This document shows positions 13,638 through 20,428 of a stretch of DNA of 24,000 nucleotides, one piece after another. The position numbers and the translations under genes were made by a program. The stretch comes from Sulfuritalea hydrogenivorans sk43H (GTDB lineage Bacteria > Pseudomonadota > Gammaproteobacteria > Burkholderiales > Rhodocyclaceae), in contig CAMBRI010000009.1 of NCBI GenBank assembly GCA_945870205.1, forward strand, positions 6,287 to 30,286, in the 5' to 3' direction. The notes below the pieces were generated by a model. That model did not search any database. It saw nothing but the letters and a program-made list of their open reading frames with translations, and had not been told where the DNA came from. The first letter of the stretch is position 1, and each line of letters opens with the position of its first letter.

Positions 13638-13925
13638 TCAGCCCTCGGCAGAGTAAATGAGTTGCCGTCGATGCTTCAGTGCGAGAAATACCACCTCAAC
13701 TTTGGAATGGGCGTACAAGGCAACGTGCCGGCTTAACACGTACTCGCGCAAATTCGGCAGACCCGCCTGTGTCGCAAGCGCTTGCACTGAATTGGCTCGC
13801 AACCGTGCTTGTGCTGAACGTCCGCCGAGAAAACGTGCCGGGCGCCCATTGGCTGGCAACCAGCTCACGACGGCTACCATTTCACGCAACTCCTGCTTCA
13901 GGCGCGCCGCGGCGGGTAACGCTCT
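13638..13925 (-). pseudogene. Possible truncated RelE/ParE-family toxin remnant
   Basis: The C-terminal part, AGLPNLREYVLSRHVALYAHSKVEVVFLALKHRRQ, resembles the ParE pattern (G.P...LR.y......yvi.Y.......v.i..v.H..r). There is no convincing start: only TTG 13889, and the frame runs open up to the fadJ stop codon. No partner antitoxin ORF is present. Confidence 0.25.
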
Positions 13926-15869
13926 CTACGCGGCACCTTTGCTCAAATAATTCATCGGCCCACCCGTATAGGGCGCAAAGCCGGTGCCGAAGATTACCCC
14001 GGCATCGGCCAGTTCCGCATCCGCCACCACGCCATCCTTCACCAGGCGTTGCGTGGCTTCGAGCAGCGGCTTCAGCAGGCGCTGCGCAAGCTCCGAATTC
14101 GCGCCGCCACCGCCCGACTTCTGCGCCTTGCCATCCACCCATGCGTAGAAGCCCTTGCCCGACTTCTTGCCGAGATTTCCAGCACTGACCAGTTCAATCA
14201 ATTTTTTGGGCGGATCGGCCTCACCCACCAGTTGCCGGCCCGCGGCCACGGCGACGTCGAGCCCGACGGTATCGGCCAGTTCGATCGGGCCCATCGGCAT
14301 GCCGAAGGCCAGCATCGCGGCATCGATGGCTTCCGGCGCGATGCCTTGATCGACGCAGCGCATGGCCTCGTTCATGTAGGGCGCGAGCACGGCATTGACC
14401 AGGAAGCCCGGCGCATCCTTGACCGGCAGCGGCAGCTTGTCGATCCGGCGCACGAAAGCAGCGGCGCGCTGCGCCACTTCCGGCGCGGTGATCTCACCGG
14501 CTACCACTTCCACCAGCGGCATCATCATTACCGGGTTGAAGAAGTGGATGCCGACCAGGCGCGAGGGGTTCTTGAATGTCGCGGCGATGTCGGCGAGCTT
14601 CAACGAGGATGTGTTCGATGCGATCAGCGCACCGGGTTTGGCGCGCGCCTCGATGTCGGCGAACAGCGCCTGCTTGGCTTCAAGGTTCTCGAAGATGGCC
14701 TCGATGATGACGTCGGCCTGGCGCACGCCGTCGCCCTTCGGGTCGGCAATCAGGCGGTCGAGCGCGAAGCGGGCCAGCATCTTGTCGCGCAGCTTCTTTT
14801 CGAGGAATTTCGCGGCACGGCCGACGGCCGGCGCAATGCGTTCGATGGACTGATCCTGCAGCGTCACCGTCATGCCGCGCAGCACGCACCAGGCGGCAAT
14901 GTCGCCACCCATGACCCCGGCGCCGACCACATGCACATGGCGCGGGGCGAAACCGGAAGCCTCCTTGCCAAAGCCCTTGAGCCGGTCCTGCAGGAAGAAA
15001 ACCCGGATCAGGTTGCGCGTGGTCGGGTGTTTGACCAGCGCGTCGAGCGAAGTGGGCCGATCCGCCGGCACCGCCAGCGTGTTGCCGCCGTAGTTCTGCC
15101 ACTGATCGATGATGGCGTAGGGCGCCGGGTAGTGTTCCTGCCGGGCGCGCTTGGCCACCTGCTTGCGGACAGCGCTGGCGACCATGCCTTTCAGCGGCCC
15201 GTTCATCAGCTTCTGCATGAACGGAAGCTTTTCCTGGCGCGGCGGCTTGCCCGACAGCACCAGCATGCGCGCCGCATTTTCCATGACGCGCGGCGGCACG
15301 CATTCGTCGGCGAGGCCCATTTTTTTCGCGCGGTTGGCGTCGATATTCTTGCCGGTCAGCATCATGTCCAGCGCCGCCGCCGGGCCAACTATTTGCGGCA
15401 GGCGCAGCATGCCACCCCAGCCGGGGACGATGCCGAGCATGACTTCCGGCAGCGCGAACTTGGTGCCCGGTTCATCGACCGCGATGCGGTAGCGGCAGGC
15501 CAGGGCCAGTTCGGTGCCGCCGCCCATGCAGTGGCCGCGCACCAGCGCCAGCGGCGGGTAGCTCACGTCCGCCAGTCGGTTGTAGCTGTCCCAGCCGCGC
15601 TTGATCAGCGCTCTGGCCTTTTCCGGAGTGTCGGCTGAAGTGAATTCCTCGATGTTGGCGCCGGCGATGAATCCGGCTTCCTTGGCGGATTTGAAGATCA
15701 GACCCTTGGGGGGATTCTTTTCGCATTCATCGAGGATGAGTCCGAGTTCGGTCATCACTGCCGCGCCCAGGGTATTGGTCGAGGAGTCGGCGGTGTCGAG
15801 GATGGCCCAGGCGAGCCCCGCATTTGGGGCGCTTGTCTCGCGTTCGAGTTTCCAGTGCGTGTAAGTCAT
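13926..15869 (-). CDS. fadJ: Multifunctional fatty-acid oxidation protein: enoyl-CoA hydratase + 3-hydroxyacyl-CoA dehydrogenase (FadJ/FadB family)
   Basis: Crotonase motifs are FIAGANIEEF and GHCMGGGTELALACRYR. The NAD-binding motif is VHVVGAGVMGGDIA and the C-terminus is GFAPYTGGPMNYL. I chose the start at ATG 15869 (MTYTHWK), overlapping the thiolase stop as TGATG. The track's longer N-terminus (to 16136) overlaps the thiolase gene. Confidence 0.9.
   Translation of the reverse strand: MTYTHWKLERETSAPNAGLAWAILDTADSSTNTLGAAVMTELGLILDECEKNPPKGLIFKSAKEAGFIAGANIEEFTSADTPEKARALIKRGWDSYNRLADVSYPPLALVRGHCMGGGTELALACRYRIAVDEPGTKFALPEVMLGIVPGWGGMLRLPQIVGPAAALDMMLTGKNIDANRAKKMGLADECVPPRVMENAARMLVLSGKPPRQEKLPFMQKLMNGPLKGMVASAVRKQVAKRARQEHYPAPYAIIDQWQNYGGNTLAVPADRPTSLDALVKHPTTRNLIRVFFLQDRLKGFGKEASGFAPRHVHVVGAGVMGGDIAAWCVLRGMTVTLQDQSIERIAPAVGRAAKFLEKKLRDKMLARFALDRLIADPKGDGVRQADVIIEAIFENLEAKQALFADIEARAKPGALIASNTSSLKLADIAATFKNPSRLVGIHFFNPVMMMPLVEVVAGEITAPEVAQRAAAFVRRIDKLPLPVKDAPGFLVNAVLAPYMNEAMRCVDQGIAPEAIDAAMLAFGMPMGPIELADTVGLDVAVAAGRQLVGEADPPKKLIELVSAGNLGKKSGKGFYAWVDGKAQKSGGGGANSELAQRLLKPLLEATQRLVKDGVVADAELADAGVIFGTGFAPYTGGPMNYLSKGAA
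13944..13976 (-). repeat. Right boundary repeat of the islet (inside the functional fadJ 3' end)
   Basis: Partner of 11764-11796. It encodes APYTGGPMNYL of the intact FadJ, followed by SKGAA*. Confidence 0.7.
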
Positions 15870-17170
15870 CAAACTGCCTCCACCAATACGGCACCGCCCT
15901 GCCCGCCGCCTATGCAGATCGTGGCGATGCCGCATCTGCTGCGTTTGCCACCCTGTTCGCGCCGCAGGATGTGCAGCAGATGCAGCACGATGCGCGCACC
16001 CGAGGCCCCGACCGGATGACCCAGTGCGATGGCGCCGCCGTCGACGTTCAGCTTTGCCGGGTCCAGAGTGCCCAGCGGCGCGTCCAGACCCAGTTCGTCC
16101 TTGCAATAGGCGGGGTCTTCCCAGGCCTTGATGCAACCCATCACCTGTGCGGCGAAGGCCTCGTTGATTTCCCAGGCGTCAAGGTCGTTCAGGCCGAGGC
16201 CGTGGCGCTGCAGGATGGGTGTCGCCGCATGCACCGGGCCGAGGCCCATCTGCGCCGGGTCGAGGCCGGCCCATTGCGTGTCGGTGATCCTGCCGATGGG
16301 TGTCAGCTTGTACTTCTCCACCGCCTCGCTTGATGCCAGCAGCAGCCAGGCGGCGCCATCGGTAATTTGCGAACTGTTGCCCGGCGTGATCTTGCCGTAG
16401 CTGCGATCGAAGAAGGGCTTGAGTTTGGCCAGGCCCGCGAGGTTCGAGTCATGGCGCACACCGTCGTCTTCGGCATACACCGTGCCGTCGCTGCCGATCA
16501 GCGGCACGATTTCATCGAAGCGGCCGGCCTTCTGCGCGGCCGATACCTTCTGGTGGCTATCGACCGAGAAGGCATCCATCTGCTGGCGCGAAATGCCGAA
16601 CTTCCAGGCCAGGTTCTCGGCGGTCTGGCCCATCATCAGGTTCACCACCGGGTCGGTCAGGCCCTTGACGATGCCGATCACGGGGGTGAGCAGTGCGCCT
16701 ATGCGCAGTTTGGCGAACATGCCGAGGCGGGCACCCAGCGTGCGTGCCTGCGCCATCCGCGAGAACCACATGACCATCTTGTCCGAATAGAGCAGGTGGG
16801 TGCGCGACAACGCATCGACACCGCCGGCCATGACAAGTTGCGAGCGCCCGTTCTGAATGTTGGCGATGGCCGAATCGATGGCCTGCATCCCTGAGGCGCA
16901 GTTGCGCATCACGGTCCAGCCCGGCACCTTGTTGCCGCAACCCAGGCGCAAGGCAATAACGCGGCCAATATTGACTTCATCAACGCTGGGACCGGCGCAT
17001 CCGACAATCACTTCGTCGAGCTGGTCGGGGGCAAAGGGCTGGCGCGCCAGCAGGACGCGGCCGGAGATCGTGGCGAGGTCGGAGGCCGAAAAGGGGCCGG
17101 GGACGTTGCGCGATTTCAGGAAGGGTGAGCGGGCGCCATCGACGATATAAACGGGTTCGAATTTGCTCAT
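15869..17170 (-). CDS. fadI: Acetyl-CoA C-acyltransferase (3-ketoacyl-CoA thiolase, FadI-like)
   Basis: 433-aa ORF with active-site Cys context VMRNCASGMQAI and C-terminal thiolase motifs GHPVGASGARI and CIGGGQGGA. The thiolase-then-hydratase/dehydrogenase gene order matches fadIJ. Confidence 0.85.
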   Translation of the reverse strand: MSKFEPVYIVDGARSPFLKSRNVPGPFSASDLATISGRVLLARQPFAPDQLDEVIVGCAGPSVDEVNIGRVIALRLGCGNKVPGWTVMRNCASGMQAIDSAIANIQNGRSQLVMAGGVDALSRTHLLYSDKMVMWFSRMAQARTLGARLGMFAKLRIGALLTPVIGIVKGLTDPVVNLMMGQTAENLAWKFGISRQQMDAFSVDSHQKVSAAQKAGRFDEIVPLIGSDGTVYAEDDGVRHDSNLAGLAKLKPFFDRSYGKITPGNSSQITDGAAWLLLASSEAVEKYKLTPIGRITDTQWAGLDPAQMGLGPVHAATPILQRHGLGLNDLDAWEINEAFAAQVMGCIKAWEDPAYCKDELGLDAPLGTLDPAKLNVDGGAIALGHPVGASGARIVLHLLHILRREQGGKRSRCGIATICIGGGQGGAVLVEAV

Positions 17171-17172
17171 GA

Positions 17173-19509
17173 CTAGGCCGCCTTGCGCAGGGTTCCGCTG
17201 AGGGGCGGGGTCGACACCTGTTCCGGGGCGAAATCCTGCGGGAAGTCATCGACGGCGATGGCCTTGTCGCGCAGCACGATGCGCCGCTGCAGCAGGGCCT
17301 GCTCCTCGGCGGAAATGACGCCGGCCTCGCGGGCGTGGGCAGCCATGCTTGCCGCATCGCCGGCGCCAACTCTTCCATCCCTGACCGCGGCGCGGATGCG
17401 CGCCTCGATCGGCTCGGCAGCCATGGTGGCCTCCAAGGCCAGTTCGACGACGCCGACGGCGTCATTCTCATCGCGCGGCACATACATGCCGGCGGTGAGG
17501 CGGTCGCGCGTCGCCGAGGGTTCGATCAGCATGCGCGCCACCGCGTGGCCGAGCTTGTCGGACGGCACCTCGTAGGGGCGACCGAGCGGGAAGATGTACC
17601 AGTGCAGCAGGGCGGCAATGAAGCGGCTGGGGTAGTTCGAGATCACGCCCTCGAAGGCGTTCTGCATCTTGAACATGGCGTCCCAGATCGCCCAGTGCAT
17701 CAGCGGTGCATCGGCGGCCTGGCGGCCCTCGTCCTCGTAGCGCTTGAGCGTGGCGGAACACAGGTACATCAGGGACAGGATGTCGCCCAGTCGCGCCGAG
17801 AGCTTTTCCTTGCGCTTCAGGTCGCCGCCCATGACGAACATGGAAACGTCGGAGATGAACGCGAAGGCCGCCGAAAAGCGCGTCAGTTGCTGATAGTAGC
17901 GCCTGGTTTCGGGCGCCACGCCAGCCGGCGCCGGGCCGAAGTGCGAACCGGTAAGACCCATGCTCCAGGCGCGGAAACCGCGGCTCCAGGAAAACCAGAG
18001 ATGGCTGGACAGGGCCTTGTCGAAGTCGCGCAGTCCCTTCGTCGCATCGGGTTCGCGCGCCGCTTGCATTTCCTTCAGCACATACGGATGGCAGCGGATC
18101 GCTCCCTGGCCGAAGATGATCAGGCTGCGGGTCAGGATGTTGGCGCCCTCGACAGTGATGGCGACCGGGATCTGCTGGTAGGCGCGGCCCATGAAATTGT
18201 TCGGCCCGAGGCAGATGCCCTTGCCGCCGAGAATGTCCATGGCATCGTTCACCACCTGCCGGGTGCGCTCGGTGACGTGGTACTTGACGATGGCCGAGAC
18301 TACCGAGGGCTTTTCGCCCAGGTCGATGGCGCCGGCGGTCATGGTCCGCGCCGCGTCCATCATGTAGGTGTAGCCGCCCATGCGCGCCAGGGGTTCCTCG
18401 ATGCCTTCGAACTTGCCGATGGCGGTCTTGAACTGGCTGCGGACGCGGGCGTAGCCACCGGTGGCGCGTACCGCGAGCTTGGCCATGCCGGTGTTGGAGG
18501 ATGGCAGCGAAATAGAGCGCCCCGCCGCCAGGCATTCCATGAGCATGCGCCAGCCCTGGCCGGCCATGGCCGGCCCGCCGATGATCCAGTCGAGCGGCAT
18601 GAACACGTCCTGGCCCGAGTTCGGCCCGTTCTGGAACACGGCATTGAGCGGGAAATGGCGGCGGCCGATGTTCACGCCGGGATGGTCGGTCGGCACCAGC
18701 GCGCAGGTAATGCCCAAATCATCGACCTCACCCAGCAGATGGTCGGGGTCGTGCAAACGAAAAGCCAGGCCGAGGATGGTGCAGATCGGCCCCAGCGTGA
18801 TGTAGCGCTTGTCCCAGGTGACGCGCATGCCGGTCACTTCCCGGCCTTGCCACTGACCCTTGCAGACGATACCGAGGTCGGGGATGGACGCAGCGTCCGA
18901 GCCGGCATGGGGGTTGGTGAGGGCGAAGGCGGGAATTTCCAGGCCCTTGGCCAGTCGCGGCAGGTAGTGGTTCTTCTGTTCCTCGGTGCCGTAGTGCAAC
19001 AGCAGTTCGGCCGGGCCGAGCGAGTTGGGGACCATGACCGAAACCGCGGCTACCGAGCAGCGGGTCGACAATTTCTGCACCACCGCCGAATGGGCAAGGG
19101 CAGAAAACTCGAGGCCGCTATAGCGTTTCGGGATGATCATGCCGAGGAAGCCCTTTTCCTTCACGTAGGCCCAGACCTCGGGCGGCAGATCGTGATGGAT
19201 CTGGGTGGTCGCCCAATCGTTGGTCATGGCGCACAGCGCCTCGCATTCGGTGTCGAGAAAGGATTGCTCCACCGCCGACAATTTTGGCTTCGGGTAATCG
19301 AGCAGCTTCTGCCAGGCCGGCTTGCCGGAGAACAACTCGCCCTCCCACCAGACGGTGCCGGCTTCCAGGGCCTCTTTTTCGGTCTGCGACATCGCCGGCA
19401 GCAGCTTCTTGTAGGCGGCGAACATCGAGCCCGTCAGCACGGCGCGGCGCAGGGGTGGCAGCAAGAGTATGGCGGCCGTCGCGGCGATCAGTGTCAATAA
19501 CCAGGTCAT
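17173..19509 (-). CDS. fadE: Large membrane-anchored acyl-CoA dehydrogenase (FadE type)
   Basis: 778-aa ORF collinear with E. coli FadE as I recall it (TEKEALEAGTVWWEGELFSGKP, NSLGPAELLLHYGTEEQK, FALTNPHAGSDA, ITVEGANILTRSLIIFGQGAIRCHPY). AAGGAG lies 7 nt upstream of the ATG. Confidence 0.9.
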   Translation of the reverse strand: MTWLLTLIAATAAILLLPPLRRAVLTGSMFAAYKKLLPAMSQTEKEALEAGTVWWEGELFSGKPAWQKLLDYPKPKLSAVEQSFLDTECEALCAMTNDWATTQIHHDLPPEVWAYVKEKGFLGMIIPKRYSGLEFSALAHSAVVQKLSTRCSVAAVSVMVPNSLGPAELLLHYGTEEQKNHYLPRLAKGLEIPAFALTNPHAGSDAASIPDLGIVCKGQWQGREVTGMRVTWDKRYITLGPICTILGLAFRLHDPDHLLGEVDDLGITCALVPTDHPGVNIGRRHFPLNAVFQNGPNSGQDVFMPLDWIIGGPAMAGQGWRMLMECLAAGRSISLPSSNTGMAKLAVRATGGYARVRSQFKTAIGKFEGIEEPLARMGGYTYMMDAARTMTAGAIDLGEKPSVVSAIVKYHVTERTRQVVNDAMDILGGKGICLGPNNFMGRAYQQIPVAITVEGANILTRSLIIFGQGAIRCHPYVLKEMQAAREPDATKGLRDFDKALSSHLWFSWSRGFRAWSMGLTGSHFGPAPAGVAPETRRYYQQLTRFSAAFAFISDVSMFVMGGDLKRKEKLSARLGDILSLMYLCSATLKRYEDEGRQAADAPLMHWAIWDAMFKMQNAFEGVISNYPSRFIAALLHWYIFPLGRPYEVPSDKLGHAVARMLIEPSATRDRLTAGMYVPRDENDAVGVVELALEATMAAEPIEARIRAAVRDGRVGAGDAASMAAHAREAGVISAEEQALLQRRIVLRDKAIAVDDFPQDFAPEQVSTPPLSGTLRKAA

Positions 19510-19535
19510 GGCAATCTCCTTGTAGTCATTCGAGG

Positions 19536-20207
19536 TCAGGCGGCGCGCCGGGCGCGCTGCTTTTTGGCCGGCTTGGCCTGGATTTCAGGAAGCGGCGCGC
19601 GCAAGCCGCCGATGAGGAAGCTCATCAGTCGGGCGTAGAGTGCATCGGGGTCGGAATCGTCGATCGGCCCCAGCAGACGCAGCGCATCGGCCCCTGAAAT
19701 GGCGTAGGACAGGGCGCCCATCATGAAATGAAAACGCCAGAGGAATTCCTCCTGCGGCACGTCGGGCAGGGCCTTGAAGAAGGCCGCCTTGAAGCGGGCG
19801 ATGACTTCGGCGTATTCCTCGGCCAGAAACGTGCGCACGAAATCGGTCGGTTCCGTGTAGGTACGGCCCAGCAGGCGCATGAAGGTCTGGCCGCCATTCT
19901 TGTCGGCGGCCATGCGGATCGCCACGCCGAAGAAGGCTTCAACAATCTGGCGTGGCTTCAGCGGCGCGCCCCTGGCCTCGGCTTCGAAGGCATCCAGCGC
20001 GGCGATGCGCTGCTCGTTGAGCCAGGTCAGGCGGCGGCGGAACACCGCCTCGATCAGGGACTCCTTCGAGCCGAAGTGATAATTCACCGCGGCCAGGTTG
20101 GCCTGTGCCCCGGTGGTGATCATGCGCAGCGTCGTTGCATCGAGGCCATGCTGCACCAGGAGCTTTTCGGCGGCGTCGAGAATGCGAGAGCGGGTGTCGG
20201 GTTCCAT
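19536..20207 (-). CDS. TetR/AcrR-family transcriptional regulator (first gene of the fad operon)
   Basis: N-terminal HTH is TRSRILDAAEKLLVQHGLDATTLRMITTGAQANLAAVNYHFGSKESL. I prefer ATG 20207 to the TTG at 20228. The stop lies 26 nt before fadE. Confidence 0.85.
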   Translation of the reverse strand: MEPDTRSRILDAAEKLLVQHGLDATTLRMITTGAQANLAAVNYHFGSKESLIEAVFRRRLTWLNEQRIAALDAFEAEARGAPLKPRQIVEAFFGVAIRMAADKNGGQTFMRLLGRTYTEPTDFVRTFLAEEYAEVIARFKAAFFKALPDVPQEEFLWRFHFMMGALSYAISGADALRLLGPIDDSDPDALYARLMSFLIGGLRAPLPEIQAKPAKKQRARRAA

Positions 20208-20226
20208 GGACGGGCAGGCCTTTGAC

Positions 20227-20251
20227 AAACAAGAGTTTCAAACAGTTGTTT
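20227..20251. promoter_or_regulatory. 25-bp imperfect palindrome, candidate TetR operator in the divergent control region
   Basis: AAACAAGAGTTTCAAACAGTTGTTT is self-complementary at 20 of its 25 positions by hand count (outer AAACAA/TTGTTT and inner GTTT-c-AAAC). It sits 20 nt upstream of the tetR ATG, with a minus-strand TTGACA at 20276-20281. Confidence 0.4.
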
Positions 20252-20358
20252 TAAGTTTGCATAGGGACGGAGCGGATGTCAATCCCCGACCGACTCCGGG
20301 TTGCCCGCGCCAAGCAGGATTCGCACCGTCTCCGCGGCGCCCGCAGGGGGAATCGGCA

Positions 20359-20387
20359 TTGACCGGGCTGGGGAGGTCAAGGATACT
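20359..20387 (+). promoter_or_regulatory. Candidate sigma70 promoter for the DUF342-like gene
   Basis: TTGACC (20359-20364), 17-nt spacer, GATACT (20382-20387), about 40 nt upstream of ATG 20429. Confidence 0.35.
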
Positions 20388-20428
20388 CGGGCCTTGCAGG
20401 CCTGTTTCCTGCACCCGGAATCCACCCG

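Larger units (their letters stand above)
11797..13943. mobile_element. About 2.15-kb accessory islet inserted in the fadJ 3' end (no recombinase gene; probable remnant or in-trans mobilised element)
   Basis: Bounded by the diverged direct repeats 11764-11796 and 13944-13976. It is AT-richer than the flanks (about 40% GC in 12061-12120 by hand count). Cargo is an MNT/HEPN pair, a MITE-like element and a ParE-like remnant. Confidence 0.55.

Noticed and set aside
13679-14188. 169-aa plus-strand ORF spanning the islet/fadJ junction
   Set aside because: It is Pro/Arg/Ser-rich and antisense to the fadJ 3' end, with no support.
14049-15638. 529-aa ORF antisense to fadJ
   Set aside because: Shadow ORF. 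The minus strand carries crotonase and HAD motifs.
15870-16136. N-terminal 89-aa extension of the fadJ ORF given in the track
   Set aside because: It lies entirely inside the thiolase gene and is Arg/Gly-rich nonsense. ATG 15869 gives a canonical FadJ N-terminus and a TGATG coupling to fadI.
17335-19500. 721-aa ORF antisense to fadE (and the 355-aa out-of-frame ORF 17468-18535)
   Set aside because: Shadow and out-of-frame ORFs. The fadE frame is collinear with E. coli FadE.
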